Shown here one piece after another: positions 1 through 9,771 of a stretch of DNA of 64,000 nt. The notes beneath the pieces were generated by a model, which did not search any database, was not told where the DNA came from, and saw nothing but the letters and a program-made list of their open reading frames with translations. Position 1 is the first letter of the stretch, and each line of letters opens with the position of its first letter. This DNA comes from Hyalangium minutum. GTDB taxonomy: Bacteria > Myxococcota > Myxococcia > Myxococcales > Myxococcaceae. The stretch is taken from contig NZ_JMCB01000005.1 of assembly GCF_000737315.1 (NCBI RefSeq), forward strand, positions 440,292 through 504,291, given 5' to 3'. Made by a program: the position numbers and the translations under genes.

Positions 1-577
1 TACGGGCGAGCTGATCCCGCTCCGTCGCTTCCAGCAGGGCGTGGAGCAGTGCGCGCCTCGCATCGGGGTGTGCCCCGGAGCCGTTGCTCGTCCAGGCCAC
101 GCTGATGGGGCCCAGCTCTCCCTCGGCCGCGGGCGGGCAATATACGCCCTGGGCTGGGACCCACACGGGACGTCCCGTGTGCAGCTCCTCGGCTTGTCGC
201 CAGGCACAGCGCACCGAGTCCGCCCACAGCCGGGGATCCACCCCCCTCCCTGCAGAGCCCAGGGCGTTGGCGCTCCAGGCGTCTCCGTCACGGGCCTCCA
301 GCTCGGCCCGAGTGCTCCAGGTCAGCTGTCCGGAGGGGACGTGCTCCGCCGACCACAGCTCCGCCGTCTCGAAGAGTGCCCCCAGCGCGGCGCTCTCAAA
401 GGTGAGCCCCTTGCCGTTGCAGACCTGGAGCACGTGCCCGCCCGGGCGCACGGCGCAAGCCACTTCCACCCCCGTGCGGTCCAGTCCCGTGATCCGGGCC
501 ACACGCGTGACACCCAGGGCCTCGGCCAGCCGGGCTTGAAATACCTGTGAGGTGGCGACGTGTCGGGGAGCGGGCAC
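1..577 (-). CDS. YcaO-like family protein, N-terminal part (runs off the left edge)
   Basis: Not in the ORF track. My translation from GTG 577 gives GVTRVARITGLDRTGVEVACAVRP...NGKGLT...ALFETAE and WTSNGSGAH...LLEATERD, which are YcaO motifs. No stop before the window edge. Confidence 0.8.
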   Translation of the reverse strand, partial: MPAPRHVATSQVFQARLAEALGVTRVARITGLDRTGVEVACAVRPGGHVLQVCNGKGLTFESAALGALFETAELWSAEHVPSGQLTWSTRAELEARDGDAWSANALGSAGRGVDPRLWADSVRCAWRQAEELHTGRPVWVPAQGVYCPPAAEGELGPISVAWTSNGSGAHPDARRALLHALLEATERDQLAR

Positions 578-641
578 GGCGCGCAGCTTTAACCCAAAAA
601 CCGAGGACTCAGGTCAGCGATCCTCGGTGCCGAAGCGGGGG

Positions 642-1520
642 TCAGCGTCGTCCTGCCGACAGCAGCGCTTGAAGGATCTCCTCGGCATGGGTCCACAGCA
701 GGGAGCCTCCGGCATCGGGGAGCAGATGCCTGCGCGCGGTGGGGATGCGGCGGGACAGCAGCGCCGCATGGTCGGGCGAGTGCACGGTGCTGGTGTCGTG
801 CTCGCCGTACCAGAGGTCGACGGGAACCTGGATGCGGGAGAGCTCGAACGGCCAGCGGCCGAAGGCCAGGGTGAGGTCCCGAGCGTATCCCGTGGATCCC
901 TGGGAGAAGCCTTCCCCGAGTGCCCGTCTGAGGGCGGCCTCGAAGGCGGGTGCGGTGTACACGGCACGGTCGACGCTGGAGCTCGTTCCCGTGATCAGGT
1001 TCCACATCATGTCCACGGTCGCCATTCGGGCGAACGAGGCCTCGAACCCCTTCGGATCCGCGGCGACGGTCCCCAGCAGTCCCACGACATTGGGGTGCAG
1101 CAGGGGCGAGAGGGTGGGCTCATGGAGATCGTCCTGCCCCGACACCACCGCCACGGCCTCCGGGAGACCGGCTGCCGCGCACGCCAGCGCGAAGGGCGCT
1201 CCTTGGGAGAAGCCCACGATTCTGAAGCCCGGCAACGCCAGAGCCTGGGCCAAGTGCCGGATGTCAGCCACCCAGTCGTTCAGCGTTCGCTCCGGAAAAG
1301 GATCGGAGGCTCCCAGGCCTGGACGATCCACCGCGATGAGCCGCACCCGCTGCTTGCCGAGGATGTCCGCACCAAAGCCCAGGCTCCTCCCCATGGCCGC
1401 ACCGGAGAAGAACAGGACGGGGACGCCGTCCTCGGGACCCCACTGGGCCCATCCCAATCCCCTGCCATCGGGCAGCCGGGCTGTTCCGAGGCGCTCGGGT
1501 TCTTTGACGCCATAGATCAT
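642..1520 (-). CDS. Alpha/beta fold hydrolase
   Basis: LPDGRGLGWAQWG start, DRPGLGASD, nucleophile elbow GFSQG, C-terminal LWYGEHD; the usual catalytic His region reads DAGGS. Confidence 0.9.
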   Translation of the reverse strand: MIYGVKEPERLGTARLPDGRGLGWAQWGPEDGVPVLFFSGAAMGRSLGFGADILGKQRVRLIAVDRPGLGASDPFPERTLNDWVADIRHLAQALALPGFRIVGFSQGAPFALACAAAGLPEAVAVVSGQDDLHEPTLSPLLHPNVVGLLGTVAADPKGFEASFARMATVDMMWNLITGTSSSVDRAVYTAPAFEAALRRALGEGFSQGSTGYARDLTLAFGRWPFELSRIQVPVDLWYGEHDTSTVHSPDHAALLSRRIPTARRHLLPDAGGSLLWTHAEEILQALLSAGRR

Positions 1521-1672
1521 AGGACGGGCAGCATAGCGGCCGGTTTGCTCCGAGTCCCAGTTCGCTCACCCGTGCGGGCTGTTGGTTGGCTGACGCCAAC
1601 GCTTGCTTGCTCTGTTGCATCCGGAATGGTGACGCCGCACCTCTGTGCACGGGTGGTCTCGCGGGGGCGCGC

Positions 1673-2554
1673 ATGGGCAAGGCGTGGGTGTGGGGGTTGG
1701 TGTTGTTCGCCGTGGGTTGTTCCTCCCCACAGTCTCAGCCATCCGAGGAGCCGCCGCCGCAGGAGCCGCCGCCGGCCGAGCTCCCTCAGCTGTCCGTGGA
1801 TCCCTACCGCGCGCTGGTGGTGGTCGATGCGTCCGTCGTCCTGGATGCTCGGGCCTCCAATGCAGCCAACGGTCCGTGGAGCTTCCGGTGGCTCATGGAG
1901 CAACTCGCGGGCGATGAGGCTCGGGCGCCCCAGTTCGTGGAGGCCTGGCTGCGCTCACTGCGCACCTCGTCGCTGAATGGCTTTGCGCTCGAGGACCGGC
2001 GAGGCGTGGAGGTGCTCCTGGGCACGGGTCCCGGTGCATGGCCCCGTACCTCCACGGGAGCGCTGGACCTCTCCCGCGCGCCATTCCGGCTCCTGGCCAT
2101 CGTGAATCGCATGGACGTCATCAGCTCCGCCTCCTCGAACGGCGAGGGCCGGTTCGTCTTCGGCTTCGTCGATCCCGCCACCGGGGAGCCGGGCCGGATG
2201 ACCGTTGCCTTCGAGTTCCGGCTGCCGCCGCTCGGGACCTCGGATGACCGCAAGGCCTGGGCCCAGCGGTGGTTCGATGCCGCGCAGCAGCCCTGGGGCG
2301 AGGCGTACAACCGGGCCCTCGAAGAGTTGACGCGCGGTTTCTCCGCGAGAGGCGTGGACCCGAACGGCGCGGGCGGCAGTGCCCTCTCGCAGCTGCGGAT
2401 GAACGAGGCGGCGTTCGGTGAGCTCTGGGAGCTGCGCGAGTGGCAGCTGGAGGCCGGGCCCGGAGGCACATTCCTGCGCCTGTCTCCACTCCCGCAGACG
2501 CCTGATGGCGCCATGCACACCTCCAGAGACAAAGTGACCGCAGCGCCCCTGTAG
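1673..2554 (+). CDS. Myxobacterial hypothetical lipoprotein, possibly C-terminally truncated
   Basis: Lipobox-like FAVGC, Pro-rich linker, globular domain with APFRLLAIVNRMD and GEGRFVFG; abrupt low-quality ending. Confidence 0.6.
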   Translation: MGKAWVWGLVLFAVGCSSPQSQPSEEPPPQEPPPAELPQLSVDPYRALVVVDASVVLDARASNAANGPWSFRWLMEQLAGDEARAPQFVEAWLRSLRTSSLNGFALEDRRGVEVLLGTGPGAWPRTSTGALDLSRAPFRLLAIVNRMDVISSASSNGEGRFVFGFVDPATGEPGRMTVAFEFRLPPLGTSDDRKAWAQRWFDAAQQPWGEAYNRALEELTRGFSARGVDPNGAGGSALSQLRMNEAAFGELWELREWQLEAGPGGTFLRLSPLPQTPDGAMHTSRDKVTAAPL

Positions 2555-2711
2555 GCGTTATCGACTGGGCAGCAGCGGCGGACGCTGCTTTTCTCTCTGT
2601 CATGTATTTCAAGGAGTCCCTCACCCGTACGAGGTGCGGTGCCTACCGTCGTTCCCGCCCAGTTGGGCGCCTCCTCCCTCCCCGAGGAGGCAGCCATACA
2701 GGAGGAACTTC

Positions 2712-4013
2712 GTGAAGAGTCTGTTCAAAGGTGGGTGGGTGGCGGCCGCGTTGGTGGCGTCAGCATGTGGTGCACCCGAGACGGCGGGCTCGGGCGCAAG
2801 CAAGGGTCAGCCGGAGTCCCAGCGGCTTGCCTACTACGATGAGTTGGATCTGACGCCTCCGGTGACGGTGGCGGATGTCTCCCCTGCGCCGGACGCGAGC
2901 GGCGAGTACCACGGCCAGGTCACCATCACGCTCCGCGCGACGGATGAGTTCAGCGGCGTGGCGAGCATCACCTATGTGCTCAACGGCGCGACGGTCGGCG
3001 GGGGCACGGTCGGGGGCAATGCCGTCGTCCTTCCGCCTCTCACCGTTTCCGGCATCACGACCGTTACCTTCTACGCGGTCGATATCGCCGGGAACATTGA
3101 GTCCTCGCACGGCATCGATATCAACATCGTCGTGGGAGAGGAGCCTTCTCCTGAGCCGGAACCTGGTCCCGAGCCGACGCCCGAGCCGGAGCCTGGCCCC
3201 GAGCCCACGCCGGAGCCTGGGCCCTGCGTGCAGCTCGATCTGAATGACTACAACGTCTTCCTGCTCGGCAACTACACCGGTGGCACCGACGTGCGCGGCA
3301 AGGTGGCGGCCGGCGGCAACATCGACATGCAGTACTTCTCCGTTGGGGCGGGCCTGGAGGCCAGCGACATCCACAACGTGCTGGTGGCGGGCGGCAACCT
3401 GAGCCTCCGTTCTGGTGGCATCTTCGGCAACACGTCTCACGGGGGCACCGTCTCCGCGGACGGCACGGTGACGATCTACCGAGGCGCGCTGTCGCAGGGC
3501 ACGCCCATCAACTTCTCCGCCGAGGGCACCGCGCTGACGCAGCTGTCCGCCACCCTCAACGCGCAGGCGGCCAACGGGACGGTGCGGCTCGAGACCTGGG
3601 GCGGCCTCTTCCTGGAGGGCACGAACCCGGTGCTCAACGTCTTCAGCGTGAACGCCAGCGCCTTCGCCACGACGAAGTACCTGTCCATCAGCGCTCCCGC
3701 GTCGTCCCTGGTGGTGGTGAACGTGGTGGGCGCGTCGGCGACGTTCTCCGGGTTCAGCACGAACTTCGGTGGTGGCATCGACCAGACGGGCGTCCTCTTC
3801 AACTTCGTGAACGCCACGAGCATCACCCTCGCCAACCACGGCTTCTTCGGGACGATCCTGGCTCCGTCGGCGCACATCCACTTCAGCAACGGCAGCTTCG
3901 ATGGCGGCATCTACGCAGGCTCGATGTCGGGCAACGCCGAGGGGCACATCAACCCGCTGAGGGAGATCGACCTCTGCTCGAGCGAGCCGGAGCCGGAGCC
4001 GGGGCCGAACTGA
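2712..4013 (+). CDS. Lipoprotein with Ig-like domain, Pro-Glu linker and choice-of-anchor A domain
   Basis: AGGAGGA RBS before GTG 2712; lipobox VASAC; DLTPPVT Ig-like segment; YNVFLLGNYT...GKVAAGGN and VLFNF..AT....GTILAP.A typical of choice-of-anchor A. Confidence 0.8.
   Translation: MKSLFKGGWVAAALVASACGAPETAGSGASKGQPESQRLAYYDELDLTPPVTVADVSPAPDASGEYHGQVTITLRATDEFSGVASITYVLNGATVGGGTVGGNAVVLPPLTVSGITTVTFYAVDIAGNIESSHGIDINIVVGEEPSPEPEPGPEPTPEPEPGPEPTPEPGPCVQLDLNDYNVFLLGNYTGGTDVRGKVAAGGNIDMQYFSVGAGLEASDIHNVLVAGGNLSLRSGGIFGNTSHGGTVSADGTVTIYRGALSQGTPINFSAEGTALTQLSATLNAQAANGTVRLETWGGLFLEGTNPVLNVFSVNASAFATTKYLSISAPASSLVVVNVVGASATFSGFSTNFGGGIDQTGVLFNFVNATSITLANHGFFGTILAPSAHIHFSNGSFDGGIYAGSMSGNAEGHINPLREIDLCSSEPEPEPGPN
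3150..3224 (+). repeat. 30-bp coding tandem repeat (PEPEPGPEPT x2.5)
   Basis: Units at 3150 and 3180 plus a partial unit at 3210, read directly. Confidence 0.9.
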
Positions 4014-4036
4014 GCTTCAGGGATGAGGGATGAACG

Positions 4037-4078
4037 AGCGGCGGAGGCCCAGGAAGTCAGGGGCTTCCGCCGCTTTCA
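4037..4078 (+). terminator. Stem-loop, probable intrinsic terminator
   Basis: AGCGGCGGAGGCCC / GGGCTTCCGCCGCT inverted repeat followed by TTCATT, just after the stop at 4013. Confidence 0.6.
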
Positions 4079-4192
4079 TTCCTGAAAAACAGGTAAAAAC
4101 GACCTATCGTTTAATTTCTTGTTTCTAAGAAACTAATAAAAGCCCAGCGCGAGAATGGGAGCCGTAGTGCTTCCTCTTTCCCCTGGAGCGAG

Positions 4193-5059
4193 ATGAGAAA
4201 GTCATTCCTGGCCGTCGCGACGTTGACGCTGGTTGCCACCAGCGCCACGGCGGCGGAGCGCATGCACCCCGCGGATCGGCGCCGTGTCGAGAAGGCGCGT
4301 GAGCGAATCGTGCCGGCTGTCGAGAAGGAGTTCGGGCCCAAGGCCCGGTTTGTCCACCTGTTTGGCCAGGGCCGCGGAATGCTGGCGGGGGTCGTCGCCG
4401 AGATTCCGGAGCAGCCGCTGGGAACGGACGAGCTGCCGCTGCTGGCCATCGTTCAGTACGACGAGACGACGGGCGCGGTGAGCGTGGTGGATCGCCAGTT
4501 CAAGTACCGCGAGGCCCGCTCGGTGGGCCCCCATGTGGCGCTGCTCGACGGGCAGGGAAACCTGTACCTGCGCGAGCCCGGTGGCCGCGAGCGGTTGTTG
4601 GCCCAGCGAGTGGGGGGCGACCTGTTCCCGGCAGCCAAGGGCGACGCCCTGGTGGCCACGCTGGAGAGCAGCGGCACCGAGGGCCACGAGACGTCCGTGG
4701 GCCTCATCGACATGAAGGGCCACGTGAAGGTGCTGGCGGATGGGCCCGGGGTGGATGCGGCGCCTGCCATCTCTCCAGATGGAAAGACGGTGGTCTTCGT
4801 GTCCGGCCGTACGAGCGTGGCCTCGTTCTACGTGACGACGGTGGACGGCGCGGCGCCGAAGCAGCTCACCAATATTGGCCTGGAGGGCTGGATGCTGTTC
4901 GAGGGCGTTCCGGCGAACTTCGTGCCTCCGCCCGTCTCCAGCCACCACATGGAGTGGCTGAACGCGGACGTGCTTCGCTACAACGCGGGCGGCGGCGAGT
5001 TCTGGACGATCAACGTGCGCACGGGCCAGGCGGCCCCGGATCTGGGAGGTGAGAAGTGA
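4193..5059 (+). CDS. Secreted protein with TolB-like PD40 repeat(s)
   Basis: Signal peptide (ATSATA); APAISPDGKTVVFVSGR...PKQLT is a PD40 motif. Confidence 0.75.
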   Translation: MRKSFLAVATLTLVATSATAAERMHPADRRRVEKARERIVPAVEKEFGPKARFVHLFGQGRGMLAGVVAEIPEQPLGTDELPLLAIVQYDETTGAVSVVDRQFKYREARSVGPHVALLDGQGNLYLREPGGRERLLAQRVGGDLFPAAKGDALVATLESSGTEGHETSVGLIDMKGHVKVLADGPGVDAAPAISPDGKTVVFVSGRTSVASFYVTTVDGAAPKQLTNIGLEGWMLFEGVPANFVPPPVSSHHMEWLNADVLRYNAGGGEFWTINVRTGQAAPDLGGEK

Positions 5060-5709
5060 GCACCTCCCAGATGAAGAGGCTCTCTGCCCTGCTGGCGTTC
5101 GCGCTGCTGTCCTTGCCGGCGGTCTCCTCGGCGCAGACGTACTTCCGCTTCCCCGCCTCGCAGCTCGCTGATCAGTGCGGCAACGGGGGTTGCACGGTGA
5201 GCGCTTACAAGGACTACGGGGGCCGGGACTACGCCTGTGGCGGCGTGCGCTACGCCGGCCACACCGGGACGGACTACGCCCTGGTCGGTGGGTTCAGCAA
5301 GATGGACTACGGCGTCTGGGCCATGAACGCCGCCAGCGGCACCATCGAGTCCGCGGTGGATGGCTACTTCGATCGATGCACCTACTGGGATCAGTCCAAC
5401 CCCTATAACGCCTGCGGCCTCTACACCGCCAACTACATCATCATGCGGCACGCGGACGGCACCAAGACGAAGTACTGGCACCTGAAGAAGTACACGCAGC
5501 AGTTCGCCGTGGGCACCTACCTGACCTGCGCCTATTGGATCGCACTCGTGGGCTCGTCAGGCGCCTCTACGGGGCCGCACCTGCACTTCGAGTACTGGGT
5601 GCCGGGCTATGGCACGGACGATCCCTACGGCGGCTCCTGCGGGACTCCCTACACGCGGTGGACTTCGCAGGGCGCGTACCGCGGCCTGCCAGGCATCGCC
5701 TGCCAGTAG
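5056..5709 (+). CDS. Secreted M23 family metallopeptidase, Cys-rich
   Basis: HTGTD (HxxxD), YWHLK, GSSGASTGPHLHFE (HxH); signal peptide; 4-bp overlap with the upstream gene. Confidence 0.9.
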   Translation: MSTSQMKRLSALLAFALLSLPAVSSAQTYFRFPASQLADQCGNGGCTVSAYKDYGGRDYACGGVRYAGHTGTDYALVGGFSKMDYGVWAMNAASGTIESAVDGYFDRCTYWDQSNPYNACGLYTANYIIMRHADGTKTKYWHLKKYTQQFAVGTYLTCAYWIALVGSSGASTGPHLHFEYWVPGYGTDDPYGGSCGTPYTRWTSQGAYRGLPGIACQ

Positions 5710-5732
5710 CCTGCTTGCTGGGATAGGTATGA

Positions 5733-5766
5733 GGGGGAGCCCCGGTCCCAAAACCTGGGGCTCCTC
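5733..5766 (+). terminator. Stem-loop after the M23 gene
   Basis: GGGGAGCCCC ... GGGGCTCCTC inverted repeat; no clear U-tract. Confidence 0.4.
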
Positions 5767-5934
5767 TAGAGCGCCGAGACGCAGCCCGTGGTGCGCAAGC
5801 CGAAGCGCGAGCCTACGGTGGGAAGCCTCTTCGTGCTGCCCGCCGCGCCCGAGGCGAAGCCGCTCAGTCCGAAGGCGAAGCCCCAGAAGCCGCGATAGCT
5901 GGTCTTTGGAGAAGGCCTGGCGCATCCTGGACCC

Positions 5935-6933
5935 ATGAAGGCCTCCTTCCTGTCGCTGTTCGCTGCGTTCGCTCTCCTGGTGGGGACTGCTCCTCGCGCC
6001 GAGACGCCTCCGGCGCCGGTGGCTCCGGCTCCCAAGCCCTCTCAGGTCCGCGTGAAGAACCTGCGCGTGACGGTGCTCTCCACCATGCTGGCGGAAAAGG
6101 GCATTGGAGAGTGGGGCTTCGCTGCGCTGGTCGAGGCCGATGGACGCCGAATCCTTCTTGATACCGGCTACCTGCCCAACACCGTGCTCCAGAATGCCAA
6201 GGAGCAGGGCATCGACCTGTCGGACATCACCGACGTCATCCTCAGCCACAACCACGATGATCACACGGGTGGGCTCGTCACCCTGCGCCGCGAGCTGTCC
6301 AAGAAGAACCCCGCCGCGCTCTCCCGGGCGCACGTGGCCCCGGGCATCTTCTGGAGCCGGCCCAAGAAGGACGGAGGGGAGGGCAACCCCATGGTGGCCT
6401 TCCGCCCCGAGTATGAGGCCGCGGGAGGCACCTTCATCGAGCACACCGGGCCGGTGGAGCTGGCCCCCGGCGTGTGGCTCACCGGTCCGGTGCCTCGCCC
6501 CAACCCCGAGCGCAACTGGAGCAGCAAGGGCCAGGTGCAGTCCCCCCAGGGGCTCGTCGAGGAAACCATCCCCGAGGATCAGGCGCTCGTCATTGATACG
6601 GATCAGGGACTCGTGGTCATCACGGGCTGTGGACACGCGGGTGTTGTCAACATCCTCGAGTTCGCGCGGAAGCAGGTGCGCTCCGCTCCCATCCACGCGG
6701 TCCTCGGTGGGCTGCACCTGTTCCGTGCCGATGAGAAGACGCTGGCGTGGACGGGGCGCAAGCTCCGGGAGATGAAGCTCGGCCACCTCATGGGGGCGCA
6801 CTGCACCGGCATCGAGACCGTGTTCCGGCTGCGCGAGCTGGCCGGGCTCCAGCGGAGCACCTGTGTCGTCGGCGCCGTGGGTGCCTCGTTCGAGCTGGGT
6901 AAGGGGTTGAATCCGCTGGAACTCGCTCGCTGA
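5935..6933 (+). CDS. Secreted MBL-fold metallo-hydrolase
   Basis: EWGFAALVE, LLDTG, SHNHDDHTGG, GCGHAG, GGLHL, AHCTG; signal peptide. Confidence 0.9.
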   Translation: MKASFLSLFAAFALLVGTAPRAETPPAPVAPAPKPSQVRVKNLRVTVLSTMLAEKGIGEWGFAALVEADGRRILLDTGYLPNTVLQNAKEQGIDLSDITDVILSHNHDDHTGGLVTLRRELSKKNPAALSRAHVAPGIFWSRPKKDGGEGNPMVAFRPEYEAAGGTFIEHTGPVELAPGVWLTGPVPRPNPERNWSSKGQVQSPQGLVEETIPEDQALVIDTDQGLVVITGCGHAGVVNILEFARKQVRSAPIHAVLGGLHLFRADEKTLAWTGRKLREMKLGHLMGAHCTGIETVFRLRELAGLQRSTCVVGAVGASFELGKGLNPLELAR

Positions 6934-7078
6934 GCGAGTGGGAGGGCTGTCGCCGGGGCGACAGTCTGGGGGCCGCCTGGCAAAGGAGCCGCGCACTGCG
7001 CGGGCCGCGTTCGCACATTTGTCCGAAGAGGAGCCGCTGGAGAGGGCAGGTGGGCTGTCCGGCTCGGGAGCGGTGCGG

Positions 7079-9190
7079 ATGATGCCGGCGCATGCCAGGG
7101 ATCCGTCGTACTGGTGGGATCGATTCATCGCCTCGGACCCGGCGCTTGTCCGGCTGAAGATGGGGCTGCGCGCCATGCTGGGGTTGAGCCTGGGCCTCGC
7201 CGCCATCGCGGGGCTCGGCACGCTCCTTCACCAGTCCATCTCCGTCGCGCTCGTCGGCGTGATGATGGGGATGATGGGCGCCATCAACGTGCAGGATCCG
7301 CACCCCCGTGAGCAGCGGGTCACCTTGCTCTGGGCCATCCCTATCTCCATCGCCGCGGTGGGCGTTGCGGCGCTCTCCGCGCCGAGCCTCGTGGTCAGCG
7401 CCATCGTGTTCCTCGGGGTGATCTTCCTGGCGATCGCCGCTCAGCGCTTCGGTCCTCGCGGGGTGGGGCTGGGGATGATCGGCTTCATGCTCTTCTTCCT
7501 CTCGCTCTTCTTTCACGCGCCCGTGGCGCAGCTCCCGTGGGTGCTCGCCAGCGTCGCCGTGGGAGGCTGTGTCGCCTACGCCGTCCGCTTCTGGCTCGTC
7601 CGCGACCGGCCCGAGGCCTCGGTGCGCCGCGCGTTCGCGTCCTTCCGCCGCTCCCTGGCCCTCTTGATGGTGGACATCGGCGAGGTGCTCGATGTGCCGG
7701 ATGAGCAGCGGCGGCTGGCGCTGCTGCGGCGCGCGGCCCGGCAGGTGAACGAGGCCGCGCTGGCGGTGGAGAAAGAGATCGAGAATGCCGACCCCGAGAA
7801 GCTCATCCACGGATTCCGCCAGGCCGAGCTTCGCGAGTACCTGCTCGAGCTGGAGCTCACCGCCGAGCGGATCGTGTTCGGGATCTACCGGGTGCTGGAG
7901 GCTGGGCCTCTCTCTCCTGAGAAGCGGCAGTCGCTCGTGGCCGAGCTTTCGGTGCTCCGGCGCCAGCTTCGCGACACGGGGGCGGCGCGCGCTCAGCCCG
8001 TGCCTCCATGGGGCGCCAACTCCGATGGCAGTGCGGCTGCCTCCACGGAGCCTGCCTTTACCGCCCTGGAAGGTTCGCTCAGCTACCTTCGGGAGCTGAT
8101 CTTCCGGACTCCGTCTCAGTCTCGTGCCGCCGCTCCGGTCTCGACAGAGGCGGCACCAGTGCTCGAGTTAGAAGCCCCGGCCTCAGTGGGCTCTGCAGCG
8201 CCGCTCCACCCCTCGACGCGTCAGGCGATCCAAGCCACGGTCGCGGGGGCGCTTGCCATCCTCGCGGGCCACGCCGTCTCCAGCACCCGTTGGTTCTGGG
8301 CGGTGATTGCCTCGTTCGTGATCTTCAACCGCGCAACCACCCGGGGCGACATCCTCTTGCGCGCCTGGCACCGCATCCTTGGCACGGTAATCGGTGTGCT
8401 GGCGGGCATCTTTCTCGCCACCGTGGTGCGAGGCCATCGGGATCTGGAGTTCTTGCTCATCTTCGTGTGCGTGTTCCTCGGCTTCTATTTGATCCAGGTC
8501 TCCTACGCGTGGATGGTCTTCTGGTTCACCGCGCTGCTGGCCGTGCTCTACAGCCTGCTCGGCCTCTACTCTCCGGAGCTCCTCTACCTCCGGGTGTGGG
8601 AGACGCTCGTCGGTGCGGGCATCGGCGCGGTGGTCGCGGTGGTGCTGCTCCCGGCTCGCACGGGCGTTGGCGTCAAGCGAGCTGCCACCGAGGCCTTGCT
8701 CAGCGTGGCGTCCTTCCTGGAGGCTGCTGCGACTCTTCCCGGCGGAGAGGTCCTGAAGCGTGTGCGGGAAATGGATGGGAAGCTGCGCGAGGTGAGGGAC
8801 GCCGCCCGTCCGCTCACGGATCGCCTGCTCCTCTCGGATCGCCAGGCGCTTCGACTCGTCCATGCGCTTGGCACGCTCGCCTTCTTCGTGAAGCAGCTCG
8901 CGCCCGCCTGTGTCCGGCTCCCCGCAGGGGAGGAGCGGATCCGGCGGCTCGAGATGCTCTTGGCCGAGAACGCCCGCTCCGTGGCCGCTTCCTTCTCCGT
9001 CGCAGGCGCGCCGATGCCCGATGCGCTCGATGCGGCGCTCCAGTCCGTGCGCGAGTCCCTCGCCCAGGCGCGGGAAGGAGAAGCCCGAGGCTTACCCCGA
9101 GTGCTCCACTGGCTGGAGCGCATCGATGCGGCGCTGCTGGAGGTCTACGCCAGCCGGGGCGTGTTCCTCGCGCGGAGGAAGCTGGCCTGA
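7079..9190 (+). CDS. FUSC family membrane protein (start uncertain; ORF open from 6938)
   Basis: Two multi-TM blocks; RQAIQATVAG...RWFWAVIASFVI...RILGTVIG is the FUSC signature. Confidence 0.85.
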   Translation: MMPAHARDPSYWWDRFIASDPALVRLKMGLRAMLGLSLGLAAIAGLGTLLHQSISVALVGVMMGMMGAINVQDPHPREQRVTLLWAIPISIAAVGVAALSAPSLVVSAIVFLGVIFLAIAAQRFGPRGVGLGMIGFMLFFLSLFFHAPVAQLPWVLASVAVGGCVAYAVRFWLVRDRPEASVRRAFASFRRSLALLMVDIGEVLDVPDEQRRLALLRRAARQVNEAALAVEKEIENADPEKLIHGFRQAELREYLLELELTAERIVFGIYRVLEAGPLSPEKRQSLVAELSVLRRQLRDTGAARAQPVPPWGANSDGSAAASTEPAFTALEGSLSYLRELIFRTPSQSRAAAPVSTEAAPVLELEAPASVGSAAPLHPSTRQAIQATVAGALAILAGHAVSSTRWFWAVIASFVIFNRATTRGDILLRAWHRILGTVIGVLAGIFLATVVRGHRDLEFLLIFVCVFLGFYLIQVSYAWMVFWFTALLAVLYSLLGLYSPELLYLRVWETLVGAGIGAVVAVVLLPARTGVGVKRAATEALLSVASFLEAAATLPGGEVLKRVREMDGKLREVRDAARPLTDRLLLSDRQALRLVHALGTLAFFVKQLAPACVRLPAGEERIRRLEMLLAENARSVAASFSVAGAPMPDALDAALQSVRESLAQAREGEARGLPRVLHWLERIDAALLEVYASRGVFLARRKLA

Positions 9191-9239
9191 GCTGCGCTAT
9201 CATTCGGAACTCCAAGGGCCGGTGACAGGAGCGTCCGAC

Positions 9240-9542
9240 GTGCAGAGCAAGAGCTTCGGTGGGTTGATGCTGATGGGACTGATGCTGGGATGTGCCACGG
9301 CGGCTCCGCCGCCGCAGGCCTCGGGCACCACCGCTCAGGGCACCCAGAAGGAAGAGAAGGCCGCGGCCGCTGACGCCCAGAAGAACCCGGACCCAACCCT
9401 CATCTGCGAGAGCGTCGCCGTCACGGGCAGCCACATCCCCCGGAAGGTGTGCCGCACGGCCCGTCAGGTCGAGAAGGAGCGCGATGATGCGCAGAGGGCC
9501 GTCCAGAACGCGGACAAGGTCAACCGCGACTGGGGCAAGTAG
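9240..9542 (+). CDS. Small lipoprotein
   Basis: AGGAG RBS, GTG start, lipobox MLGC, C-terminal LICESVAVTGSHIPRKVCRT motif. Confidence 0.75.
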   Translation: MQSKSFGGLMLMGLMLGCATAAPPPQASGTTAQGTQKEEKAAAADAQKNPDPTLICESVAVTGSHIPRKVCRTARQVEKERDDAQRAVQNADKVNRDWGK

Positions 9543-9771
9543 CCTCCGCGCTAGCGCCGCCACATCGCGTCGGCCCTGCGGCCCAGGGTCACCCGTGTTC
9601 TGGGAAAGGTGGGTTGATCACCTACGTTAGCGCGCCTTTGAAGAATGGCTGTGCCGTCAAATTTCAGCTTTCTTGGAAAAAAGAACCTCAATCCCGGTAT
9701 AGTCAGGGGCGTCTGAGGGGGGACGGATGATCGGTGTTCGCAGGGCAGTCCATCGGGTTTCGGAGGTCGAT

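Noticed and set aside
5766-5880. Short Pro/Lys-rich reading frame between the M23 and MBL genes
   Set aside because: No start or RBS and no recognisable family; at most a gene-end scrap.
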